Below are positions 1 through 11,210 of a stretch of 64,000 nucleotides of DNA, in pieces. Both the position numbers and the translations under genes were made by a program. Location: NCBI GenBank assembly GCA_951406725.2, contig OX597827.1, positions 49,352,001 to 49,416,000 of the forward strand, read 5' to 3'. The DNA comes from Octopus vulgaris (Eukaryota). The notes beneath the pieces are model-generated. The model saw only the letters and a list, made by a program, of their open reading frames with translations, did not search any database and was not told the DNA's origin. Positions within the stretch are counted from its first letter, which is position 1. Every line of letters starts with the position of its first letter.

Positions 1-44
1 TGCGAAGCTTTACATAACAACCACAAAACCAACGGTTAAAAAAT

Positions 45-248
45 GTGAACGTCCAAAATATGGAACATGATGCAAACCAACTTGAAGGCTCAGATTTCCT
101 TTTCAAACACGGAGAAAGGTTCGCAATTAAAACCAATTTCACTTGTGTCTCTGAGAACCTAATTTATGTAATAACCTGCTCGGGTTGTGGACATCATTCT
201 ATAGGACAGACGAGTATGACATTGAGACGGGGAACGACTCTACATTGA
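45..248 (+). mobile_element. Penelope-like element remnant: N-terminal half of GIY-YIG endonuclease (degenerate)
   Basis: Translation FAIKTNFTCVSENLIYVITCSGCGHHSIGQTSMTLRRGTTLH matches the PLE pattern F-x-C-x-S-x-N-x-IY-x-I-x-C-xx-C-xxx-YIG-x-T-xxx-L-x-x-R-xxx-H. YIG is mutated to SIG and the frame ends early. Confidence 0.8.
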
Positions 249-328
249 ATCATTCACTCATAAATTTCACACACAACATGGATCAAAAAATTTCTTCTTA
301 AGAAAATACGTATTTAAATAAATTTTAA

Positions 329-361
329 TGTCATGAATAGCGAAAGCGAAACCGGTCGACA
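329..361 (+). ncRNA. Minimal type I hammerhead ribozyme motif, A3-U8 core variant, downstream of Penelope GIY-YIG fragment
   Basis: TGTC | ATGAATA | GC-GAAA-GC | GAA | ACCGGT | C | GACA. Stem I is TGTC/GACA, stem II has 2 bp with a GAAA loop, stem III is palindromic, and the cleavage triplet is GUC. Confidence 0.65.
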
Positions 362-492
362 AATATAATACAAGATATACTAAAAATTATATTAAAACTA
401 TGTAAAGTGTGTGAATTTTCCTTCTTTAATTTCTTATATGTATTACAACTCACCACGTTGGGATAATCGAAATTCCTCCTTGTCTATATATA

Positions 493-1212
493 GTTGAACT
501 TTACAGAAAAACAAAAGACGAAGACAGGTGTATTAGTTTGACGCTCGAGAAAGTGAAAAAGTTTCTTCCGTTTCGAGCATACGCTCTTCAACAGAAAGGA
601 ATCAGAGAAAATAAACTGAGAGAATAAAATAACTTGTGGATTTAGTAGTCAAGCATGGTGACTGGTTAGAAAAAAGAGGCTTGACAAGAGAAGTTGAAAG
701 GGGAGATAATAAACTATTAGTGATCTCAAAACGAAGGTGCGCATGCGATTGTGTATATGTGAAAATGTGTAAGTGCGTGTGTATGGATAGGAGCTAGTGA
801 CTGACGCGTGTGTAAGCGTGTGCGTGGGTAAGTGTGTGTGTCTGCAACGTGTGGGTGTGTGGATGATGGTGTGGGTGTGTGGATGATGGTGTGGGGTGTG
901 GGTGTGTGGATGATGTGATGTGAGTGAGCGGATGAGGGTGTAGGGATGTGGGGTGAGGTTAGGGTTTGGGGTGGGGCCGGGGTGGTACCAATGAAGAGTG
1001 GAAGTAGGTGTCAGATGGAGAGAGGAGAGTTGAGTCTATGTGGCGCAAAAGAGCAATGAGAGATGATTAATTCCTGTTCACGGCGAAGGCAGAAGTCGGA
1101 ATGGCCCCTGTGCAAAGACAATCCGATCATAGAGAGGTGTTGTAATAAATGACCGGTAGAGCAGAAATGGCGCGAGACAGGGGTGTTATTACCGAGTCTG
1201 ATGTCTCGGAAG
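493..1212 (-). mobile_element. 3' portion of a second Penelope-like element: GIY-YIG C-terminus, CA-rich linker, hammerhead-like terminus ending at (TA)n
   Basis: The minus frame 1212-1011 reads FRDIRLGNNTPVSRHFCSTGH...IGL...RREQELI...FAPHRLN, typical of the PLE endonuclease C-terminus (PV-x-RHF...H...RE..LI..P.GLN). The terminal segment 493-620 recurs at about 43170-43300 and partly at about 4995-5033 and 5785-5865. Confidence 0.75.
563..598 (-). ncRNA. Degenerate minimal hammerhead motif (CUGUUGA core) in Penelope terminus
   Basis: Minus strand reads CTTT CTGTTGA A GAGC-GTAT-GCTC GAAA CGG AAGAA. The paralogue at 43256-43291 keeps the ACGT-C stem III/cleavage site. Both copies are mutated. 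Confidence 0.5.
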
Positions 1213-1243
1213 TACACACACACATATACATACATACATACAT

Positions 1244-1316
<73 letters not shown>

Positions 1317-1318
1317 TT

Positions 1319-1652
1319 TGACAGGCTTGTTTCAGTTTCCGTCTACCAAATCTACACACAAGGCTTTCATAGGACCGAGTTTATACAAGTCACTTGTCCG
1401 GGGTGTCACTCAGTGGAACTGAACCTGAAACCATGTGGTTGGGAAACAAACTTATTACCACATAGCCACGCCTTAGTTCAGCTGATGGACTCCAATATAG
1501 TTTATGTCCACCAGATTTCACACCAAATGCTTTAGTCTCTCCGAGGCTGGGATAGAGAAGACCTGCCCAAGAAGACGTACGTCGCGTGATTGAACTCAGT
1601 AACCACATAGTTGCAACGCGAGCTTCTTAACCACACAGCCATACTTGTGCCC
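1319..1652 (-). mobile_element. Two partial, diverged copies of tRNA-derived SINE family A
   Basis: Reverse-complement similarity to the heads of the copies at 3420 and 56828 (ctgaacctgaaaccatgtggtt, taccacatagccac). Confidence 0.7.
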
Positions 1653-2437
1653 ATTGTAAAAGTGCTGTTGTTATTGTTGTTGTTTTTTATTGTGGTGGTG
1701 GTGGAGGGGTTACTATTGAAGTGGCTCTGTTAAAATGAACCTTACTGCCTGGAGTGAGTCGATTGACTTTTAACAGTGGAACCTTAAGATTCAACACAGA
1801 GAACAAATCTATTGAAGATGATGATGATGATGATAATTCTGCTGTCTTTGTAGGTTTAGTTGTTGCTATTGATGTCGAGGTTTTAATTGTTTCTTTTGTT
1901 GTTGTTGTTGTTGTTGTTGTTCATTCGCTACTATGTAATTAACTTTCATGCTGCCTAATTAAATCATCCATCTTACGAAACCTACAGACTTCAAGGAATC
2001 TCATTTACGTCTAATTCACTCCCAGCATTGCACAAACAATAACAACAGCTCAGTTTTGAAAGAGTTCCCACCACACACACAAAACTGCGCTGTGGTTTCG
2101 GGTCGTGTCTCTGCTCAGTTACAACATAAATATATAAACCTTTAATTATAATTGTATTTACCTTTGTGACTATATTTTCCTCTATCGTCTTACAAACGTC
2201 TTTCTTGATTAACAACCTACAGATTTTTAAAGATGTAATCCTTCACAAATCAATCACAACTTTATAAATTGTATATATATATATATATATCAAAATAAGC
2301 AACAAGTATACCTAAGATATACTTGTTACTTATTTTGATTATAATCACCCCATGGATTTATATGGATAATACCATACAACATTCTGGTGCCTCTGACTTA
2401 AGTACCATATTCATCTGAATTCTAAATATATATATAT

Positions 2438-2477
<40 letters not shown>

Positions 2478-3230
2478 CGACTTCATGGAAATAGCAACAA
2501 AATTTTCTTCAAATCATACATTTACTGAATTTGGCGGGGTGGGGTTTAAGGTGAAAATTAGGAATGTGAAATTGGATATTGTAATTGTAGATATATTAAT
2601 CAATTCTGATAAAAAGACGTGATGTAACGGCTACAATTCCTTCGATCATAAGAATTGGTAACAAGAAGGAATCAGTGAATAATTCTCCAACAATGTTTTT
2701 CGCAATGGAAATTTTAATTCTTGAACGATTTCAGAATTAGAGTCTGTATTTCAATTAATTAAACTCCGAATACTTATTCAGCTTTAGATAATATTATGGG
2801 CTTCTACAATCGATTGAGCACTGGACGAGAATGCCTTGTGGTATTTACTCAAGTCCCTTTATGTTCTGACTTTAAATTCTACTTGACATTGTTTTCCATT
2901 TTTCCGATATGGTTAGATCGATTCTCGCCTTCAACAAAATGTGCAGCCTTATGACTGCCCGTCAGGATACCTAAATTTCTCTCTGGGTAGATTTTCAATC
3001 AGTTTTTCGTCTACAACTTGAAGAGGGTGGAGTGAAGATGGTGAAAGTAACTTTGCTGACATATGAAGAGCATGGTTCGGTTGAAGGAGGCTACGCTAAA
3101 TATGCAGCTGTGAGCTAGGAACAACAGGAGAATGAAAGGCAGAGGGAGACTGTCATACAGATTAACAGAAGGCGAGAGAAAGAATATTTGTGTGTATGCG
3201 TATGAGTATGCTTGTACATACGTTTGTATA

Positions 3231-3826
3231 GGCGTAGGCGTGGCTGTGTGGTAAGAAGTTTGCTTCCACCACATGGTTCCGGGTTCAGTCCCACTGCGTG
3301 GCACCTTAGGCATGTGTCTTCTACTATAGCCTCGGTTCGACCAACGCCTTTTGAGCAGATATGATAGACAGAAACTGAAAGAAGCCCGTTGTATGTATAT
3401 ATATATATATATATATATAAGCGCAGGAGTGGCTGTGTGGTAAGGAGCTTGCTAACCAACCACATGGTTCCGGGTTCAGTCCCACTGCATGGCACCTTGG
3501 GCAAGTGTCTTCTGCTATAGTCTCGAGCCGACCAAAGCCTTGTGAGTGAATTTGGTAGACGGAAACTGAAAGAAGCCCGTCGTATATATATATATATATA
3601 TATATATATGCGTGGGTGTGTTTGTGTGTCTGTGTTTGTCCCCCTAGCATTGCTTGACAACCGATGCTGGTGTGTTTATGTCCCCGTTGCTTAGCGGTTC
3701 GGCAAATGAGACCGATAGAATAAGTACTGGGCTTTCAAAAACTAAGTCCTGGGGTCGACTTGCTCGACTAAAGGCGGTGCTCCAACATGGCCACAGTCAA
3801 ATGACTGAAACAAGTAAAAGAGTAAA
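3231..3826 (+). mobile_element. SINE family A: head-only copy (3231-3391) plus full copy (3420-3826) with internal (TA)n/(TG)n
   Basis: The head has Pol III A/B-box-like motifs (TGGCTGTGTGG, GGTTCAGTCCC), followed by a CCTTGGGCAAGT core, a microsatellite in the middle and an AGTAAAAG tail. Near-identical copies occur throughout the window. Confidence 0.9.
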
Positions 3827-4125
3827 CCAAGGAAATTAATGCCTGCCTGTATCAAAACATAAGTCTAAAGAATTACGATCTTAAATAAATTGGTTTGTTA
3901 GGAAGAGGAAATCTTTAACCATCTGGTAGGATATTACGTGACAGCAGTTAAAAGTGCGAAGTCAAGTTACCAGATATCACCGCTTGTTTCGTATAATAAT
4001 TATCTAAATATTTATGAAGAACGACAGTAATATAGACTCCAACCAGGTGTAAAATAAATAGTGACAACTCAACAGATCAGTTAACTCGCAATTTTCGCGC
4101 CCAAATTTTTATCTCTTCTTCATCG

Positions 4126-4530
4126 TGTGGTAAGTAGCTTGCAAACCAACCACATGGTTCCGTGTTCAGTCCCACTGCGTGGCACCTTGGGCAAGTGTCT
4201 TCTGCTATAGCCGCGGGCCGACCAATGCCTTGTGAGTGGATTTGGTAGGCGGAAACTGAAAGAAGCCCGTCGTATATATGTATGTATATGTATATATATG
4301 TGCGTGCGTTTATGTTTGTGTGTCTGTGTTTGTCCCCCTAGCATTGCTTGACAACCGATGCTGGTGTGTTTACGTCCCCGTTACTTAGCGGTTCGGCAAA
4401 AAGAGACCGATAGAATAAGTACTGAGCTTACAAAAGAATAAGTCCCGGGGTCGAGTTGCTCGATTAAAGGCGGTGCTCCAGCATGGCCGCAGTCAAATGA
4501 CTGAAACAAGTAAAAGAGTAAAAAGAGTAA
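4126..4530 (+). mobile_element. SINE family A, nearly full copy
   Basis: Collinear with 3420-3826 and 56828-57229. Confidence 0.9.
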
Positions 4531-4608
4531 CTCTTGTGATGGACATGAATGTGTGTGTGTGTGTGCGTGCGTGTGTGTTTAGGTGGAGGGGTAGAAAGAA
4601 AGAGAGAA

Positions 4609-4880
4609 AGGACGCATGGCTTAGTGGTTAAGGAGTTGCACTCACGACTGCAAGATCGTGGTTTTAAATTGTGCGTTGTGTTTTTGAGTAAAACGCTACA
4701 TTCCACGTTACCCTGCGCTCATATGGACACCTGCCGCGTGGTACACTGTGCTCCTGTTCAACCAACGTCGATTTGATGTCGGGAACGAACGAACGTACAG
4801 CACAGACATTTGATCATTATAAACAGATCATTTGTGATGGTCGTTCGACAACAGCTGAACGCTCATACGCCGGCTTCGAC
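4609..4880 (+). mobile_element. tRNA-derived SINE family C (Meta/V-type central domain), diverged
   Basis: GGACGCATGGCTTAGTGGTTAAG head and GTGTTTTTGAGTAAAACGCT core. Homologues lie at 12405-12645(-), 43554-43770, 49018-49290 and 52565-52740. Confidence 0.65.
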
Positions 4881-5048
4881 GGGAGAGTCCTTTATATATA
4901 TATATATATATATCTATATATATATATATATATATAATGGGTCTGAAGAAAGTAGGATTAATTTTCTTAAGTCGTTCTATATATATATATATAGGGAGCA
5001 TTTACAAAAGACGAAGACAAGTGGTGTAGACAATATATATACATATAT

Positions 5049-5455
5049 GCGTAGGAGTGGCTGTGTGGTAAGCAGCTGGCTTACCAATCACATGGTTCCG
5101 GGTTCAGTCCCACTGTGTGGCCGACCAATGCCTTGTGAGTGGATTTGGTAGACGGAAACTGAAAGACGCCTGTCGTATATATGTATGTATATATACTCTT
5201 TATTTTTTATTAAACTTTTAATACTTTTGATATTTAAAAAAAAAATTAATAAATAAATAAATAAAATAATATATAAATATAAAAATATACATACATACAT
5301 ATATATATATATTTGTATATATATATAAAATTTATAAGTTTAAATTATTTAAATAATTTTTTATTTTTAACTGTTATATTTTTTAATTAATTTTATGTAT
5401 TGGCTTATGTTTTTCACTGTTTCATTTGCCTAATAGTGGTTTTATCTCTAATTTA

Positions 5456-5486
<31 letters not shown>

Positions 5487-5782
5487 CTATGTATGTATGT
5501 ATGTATGTATGTATGTATGTATGTATGTATGTGTATGCATGCATATATATGTGTGTGTGTGTGTGTGTGTGTTTGCGTGTCTGTTTATCCCCACCAACAT
5601 CGCTTGACAACCGATGCTGGTGTGTGTACGTACCCGTAACTTAACGGTTCGGCAAAAGAGCCCGATAGAATAAGTACTAGGTTTACAAAGAATAAGTCCT
5701 GGGGTCGATTTGCTCGACTAAAGGCGGTGCTCCAGCAAGGTCATAATCAAATGACTGAAACAAGTAAAAGAGTATAAAGAGT
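5049..5782 (+). mobile_element. SINE family A, internally deleted head plus tail, separated by an expanded A/T-only and microsatellite tract
   Basis: Head 5049-5175 and tail about 5561-5782 match family A. Confidence 0.8.
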
Positions 5783-6797
5783 ATAGTTCAAATTTATAGA
5801 AAAACAAAGACAGGTGTAGGGACAACAAGCAGGTGTAAATAGTTTGACACTCGGACGAAGAGAGAGAAGTGAAAGACAACACTAATGTTGTAACCTGTAT
5901 TTATGTCTCACACGATTTACCTGTGTGTATGCATATATACACACACACACACCACTCGGTAGTTGTTTTTATCAATATTTTGGGTTAAAAGTCAATATTG
6001 GTCGCAATTTTCACACAGACGCAATACACGTTGAAACAGCAAAACACTGGATTGTTTCAATTTGTTTGTAAGAACATCAAAAGGAAATTTTGTTTGCAAT
6101 ATGACCAGGATCAGTCGTTTCGTCGTCACCTAGTTCTGACGATCAATATTTATCGAAAATACAGTGACTTTTGTTTCTTTTTAAGCATCAAATTGTTTCG
6201 AGGAAAACTTTGTCCATTTTCCTATTTTCAAGTGACGCCTACTCATTAATCGATGGCACTCATGATCTTCTTCCCACAGGTGGACTACTCCATTGAGAAA
6301 GTTATCGCATGGTTTTCTGGATTTAATTTTCCACCTATCAAACTTTTCTCTGTTAACTGCGGCCACTTAATTCCAGTAAGAAAATTACGTTTGATGTCTG
6401 TTTTGTTTTTCTTATTTCTTTTCTCAAATTTCTTTCCGCTTGCCATCACTATTCCTGACTTATGTTTTTCAGTTAGTTGTAGTCGCTTTGCAAATTGCAT
6501 AGCTTTAAGAATGACCATGAAGATGTACACGTCCGAATCAAAAAGTAGTCGTAAGCAAAAGACATCATAATTTGATTAATGAATATTTTCAATGACAAAT
6601 AGCTTTTATAATGGATGTCTCTCGTTGATATAGTTTAGAAACATGGCAAATTTAGTGCTGCTGAAGACATATAAAACCAATTGCTTAAAAGGACATTAAG
6701 TTAAATGGAACCACTTCAATTCACCCTAACTACGACTGGTTCTTTATAACCTTGCCTAAATGTCTCCAAAGTACACGCACCCTTACAAGGGCGTGTG

Positions 6798-6986
6798 CTA
6801 TCCACTGCTAATCTCTTTTAATGCCTCTGCACTTCTATCCTTTACATATAGACAGGTTGCTCTTCTTTCTGTTATCACACATCCTAAGCACCAAGTATTA
6901 TCAACCAACATGATATTTATGATGTTTGCGTTCGTACAGGATTCATCTGACATTTCAACACTTGTTTCATCCAAGTACATCATCAA
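6798..6986 (-). mobile_element. Possible Merlin (IS1595/ISXO2-like) DDE transposase remnant
   Basis: VEMSDES...NTWCLGCV..ERR.TCLYVKDRSAEALKEI resembles the Merlin pattern VEIDES...WVFG..ER....L..V.DRSA.TL..II. No TIRs were identified. Confidence 0.5.
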
Positions 6987-7844
6987 TATGAAATCATTTC
7001 CACCATCACTAAAATATTAATCGCATAGAATTGCAGTTACAAAACTAACACAAATAAGTTTTTCATATGAGGTCACTAGTATTTCTATGTCCCATGAAAC
7101 TGTACATTGTACACACACAGATATAGATAAATATGCATGTATGTAGGACATACGGATTCAGTCCCACAGCGCGGTACCTTGCGCAATTGCCTACTAATCT
7201 TATCTCGGGTCGGCCGATATCTTGTAAGTGAATTTGGCAGACGGAAACTGTGTGTGTACGTCCCTCTAACTTAAAATTTGGGTAAAAGGGTTGCCATAGA
7301 ATACGAGGCTTTAAAATAACCACTGGGGAGGGGATTTGATCGAGTAAACTCTTCAGAGCGGTACCCTGGCATGACTGCAACAATTCTACAATGATAAAAT
7401 ACACACACACATACATATCGGAAAGGACCAACGAAAAAGATAAATGTAATGACCAGAGAGACTGAAATTACTTTATGTTTTAAAAGGAAAGCGAGATCCT
7501 GCTATACTCTGACATTTAGAAAATAAAAGATCAAAGCTGGGAAGTCAGTGACAAGGAGAATATCAGAGTAAACAAGGTCAATGTTAAGCTGACACTGAAA
7601 CTCTAATGGAGTCAATTCTCTAAATTAGGACAAGTACTGGACATAATAATATCAGTAATAACAGCAGTTATGGCAGCAGTAACAGTGTTACCAGCACCAG
7701 AGGATTTGGCAGCCACAACAACACTTGAAAATATACGTTAAAAATATATTAGTCAAATCTTCCTCAATATCCTATCGTCTTTCCTGAATAGCTCACCGTT
7801 CGAAGAAAATTGTGTATGTGCCTGTCTAGTATTCAAGGATGCTC

Positions 7845-8069
7845 ATTATTTACATTCGATGGATATTTGTCCTCATCTTGTTGTTAACACGACGTTTCGG
7901 CTGATATACCCTCCAGCCTTCATCAGGTGGCTTGGGGAAATTTCGAACCTGGGTTCTCATTCCTAAGGTATTTTTCGATATTATTATTATTATTCAGGTC
8001 ACTGCCTGGAATCGAACTCGAAATCTTGGATTTAGTAGCCCACGCTCTTAAACACTACGCCATATGCTC
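7845..8069 (-). mobile_element. tRNA-headed SINE-like element with (AAT)n spacer and 3' hammerhead, copy 1
   Basis: Minus strand has an A-box-like TGGCGTAGTG, B box GTTCGATTCC, (AAT)n, then the HHR. A second copy is at 61264-61526. Confidence 0.85.
7886..7931 (-). ncRNA. Minimal type I hammerhead ribozyme motif with intact core
   Basis: GCCAC | CTGATGA | A | GGCTG-GAGGGTATAT-CAGCC | GAA | ACGT | C | GTGTT. The GUC cleavage site is predicted between 7891 and 7890. Confidence 0.8.
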
Positions 8070-8291
8070 CTGAACCAGTTAAGTATCCCAACAGTGAGGG
8101 ATCGATGCTAGAGGTGTCGAAACAATTGTAATGATTAATAAAAACTCTCGTATCTTCCATCACCCGCCTCTCATTAACAAGATACACAACGAACACTGTA
8201 AAAGTGACCGTGTTTTACCAGTAAGCTACCATGTGTAAACCATTCGTTTTATTATCTAATATATATATATATATAACATAGATGAATTAAG

Positions 8292-8441
8292 AAATGGAGT
8301 TAACCGCAGGTGTTATTCAAATCTTTATACTTCCGACATATGTTTCGAAGAAAACATTGGTATTATTCCTGACCAATGTTTTCTTCGAAACCTATGTCGG
8401 AAATATAAATATTTGAATAACACCTTCGTTTAACTACATTT
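8292..8441. repeat. Fold-back inverted repeat (~69-bp arms, 12-nt loop) carrying hammerhead 3' halves
   Basis: Arms are reverse complements, for example ttccgacatatgtttcgaagaaaacattgg / ccaatgttttcttcgaaacctatgtcggaa. GAAAC-N4-GTC-GGAA is present on both strands. Confidence 0.85.
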
Positions 8442-8601
8442 TATAATTTATCTATATTATTCAAAACTATTTCACTAAACCCTGGAACTTCTATCTTCAT
8501 AGGTAGGCTATAACATCCTTGGCACCTACACGATTTTTTGTTACCCTGGTAACTATTTACTTTTTCCGTGTTGCTTGTACACATTGAAAAAATACAAATA
8601 C

Positions 8602-8644
<43 letters not shown>

Positions 8645-9590
8645 ATGTACTAGTGAACCAACGAGGAACATTCTCTGTCTTCGTTCGACCTGCTATATAT
8701 TTAGCAGCCCAGCATCTTTCAAATGGCACCACATATTTGTATAATCTTTGCGAAAAAAGGAAGGACACATAGTATGATACATACCTACATACATTTTGCC
8801 AGCATAAAAGAATAGTGTGCGTACTGCTGGAACCCCTGTTGATCAGAACTGATTGGGGTTAAACAACACACGTGCGCATGCGCGTATGTATGTAAATGTA
8901 TGTACGCTGTTTCTGAGTAAGTATAATCTGCCAAGCTAAAAGAAAAAATAACTGTCAGTTTATGAGTAATGAAGTTTCGTATTATCACAAATAAATATAG
9001 CCTGCTAACAAACTAAATATATAAAAACACATTGCTATTGATTCTCCTATATATAAAAAAAAATATGAAATATAGCATTACGCAATGAGACATTCGAGAT
9101 GAATCTTGTATGGAGTGTGCAGTAGTCAAGTCACTTTAAATTCTCTTGACAACTATTCCAAGAAGGTGAAAGAATTGTCTAAATCCTTTACATGCTTCCG
9201 AAAGAAAGAATTGCTTCCAGTGCGAAATAAGCTAAGTGGAGTTGATATAAGATAGCTTCCGCAGTTTACCAATGAAATATATATATATATATTACATATA
9301 TATATTATGGGTGGGGGGTCAATATGTATCAACTATTAGTGTGAAAAGCCTTAATGGAATAATGCTGCTACGCTTTTGTGACCGACTATAAATGGAAAAT
9401 ATTCATACATATTTCTCACTGGTTTAATTCATTTTTCTTTTTCCTCTTCCTATTCTTTGGTCCATACTCTTATCCTTTTCACATAATTTCACCATGGCAA
9501 ATTATCTTCGGCTTTCTTCTATTCTCTTTCAATACCATATGCATTACACACACATGTGCTTGTATGTGTGTGCCTGTATGTATGTATGTA

Positions 9591-9645
9591 TGTTCACAGG
9601 CATCTGTATGTATGTCTCTATTTGTACATACATAGGTATGTATAA

Positions 9646-9687
<42 letters not shown>

Positions 9688-9698
9688 TTATACATACC

Positions 9699-9739
<41 letters not shown>

Positions 9740-9794
9740 TTATACATATCTATGTATGTACAAATAGAGACATACATACATATGCCTGTGAACA
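9591..9794. repeat. Inverted repeat (~58-bp arms) flanking (TA)n tracts
   Basis: tgttcacaggcat...tataagtgta is mirrored by tacacttata...atgcctgtgaaca, with an extra partial arm between two (TA)n runs. Confidence 0.85.
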
Positions 9795-11170
9795 AATGTG
9801 AGAATGTGTGAATGGCCTTTTTTGATAGAGTAGTTAGTGCCTGGAATACACAGCTTAGAAATAATCGTTCTGATTCTCTGCGCTCTGAGTTCAAATCATA
9901 CTGAAGGTGCCTTCGCTGTTCATTCTTTCGTCATCCATAAATAAAGAACCAGTCCTGTTGTACCAATCATTCTTGTGTTTTTGTTGTTCTTTCATAACGC
10001 TTCGTTGGCGACTCGCTGAAGGAGTTCACGGACAACGGCAAGGCATCAAGGAATATAAGAATACATACGCAGGCTCAAACATTATACACATACACACATT
10101 CTCAAAACCAGAAAGGAGAAAGCTAATTCGAAGGCTACAGATTCAATCCGTCACTGGAACTGTAAAAATCTGTAAAACTTTCCAGAAGTTTATCATTTAA
10201 ATATACATGAGCATGTCTAGACAAGCAGCTATATGCATGAGAATACATACATTCCGTTTCGAACCACGTTATATGTCGTTCATTATGCTTGACAAAATAT
10301 ACATTAACTGTATAAATTTACACGCTGTGCAACTATTACACATTGTGTGTACACCATGTATAGTAGTAGCACAACGTGGTGCTTGTCTGCGGAGGTGTTA
10401 ATCCGGCGTATTCAACCATCTGTAATTTTATAGAGATATTGCATATTTTGTCACACATAATAAATTGTAATTCGAAACGGAATGGAATTGCACCGACAAA
10501 ACTGTAACGCATATTAAACTTCATCTTCTTTCGTACTTGCACGGGCACACTATGTAATTTATATATATGGTAATATATAAAACAAGCAAAAAATAAGTTT
10601 AATCTAGACAGCAGCTTCGACAAACGATAGCAAAGAGGAGGAGGATCTCGGTGAACAAAACATCCAGCTATGAGTGAATGGGTGGAAGACGGAAACCTAA
10701 AAGATATGGGTAATTAGATGAGAGACGAATAGTTAATTATAGTTAATAAAGGCATTAATTGTGGGATGGCAGAAAATTAGAAAGAAGACAAAGCAGGTTG
10801 TATGAGTTTTATATTAAAGGTACGAGGATGAAAATTAACAAACTCTAGAAGGGAAATTTTCAAAGTCTTGTTGGGCGAGTTCCTATTAAATTGAATTAAT
10901 AAAAAAAAACGTCGTACTTACAGACGGAAGTGGCATGCAACACGAAAACAAGCAGATACATATGTGTGTGTGTGTGTGTGTGTGTATACACACATGCATA
11001 CAGACACAAACACGCATGCACATAGCTTAAATAAAAAGCACATACACACGAAAATATACAGATTGAGAGATACACAACACGCACTTATATATATAAATAT
11101 AAACCTAGATGAAAATAAATACGCATCTAAACACAAATGTACACACACACACAAACACACACACATATAT

Positions 11171-11210
<40 letters not shown>

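Noticed and set aside
3011-3839. Recurrent ORFs such as RRASFSFRLPN...HLPKVPRSGTEPGTMW and MTTDAGVF...
   Set aside because: They are reading frames through SINE family A copies, not a protein family.
5196-5400. Almost pure A/T irregular tract inside a SINE
   Set aside because: No structure was found. It is likely a degraded (TA)n expansion or low-quality consensus sequence.
8090-8135. Hammerhead 3' halves (GAAACAATTGTA here, GAAACCGGTA near 55947, GAAACCGGGTC on minus near 63220)
   Set aside because: No convincing 5' core or stem I could be parsed, so they were not called.
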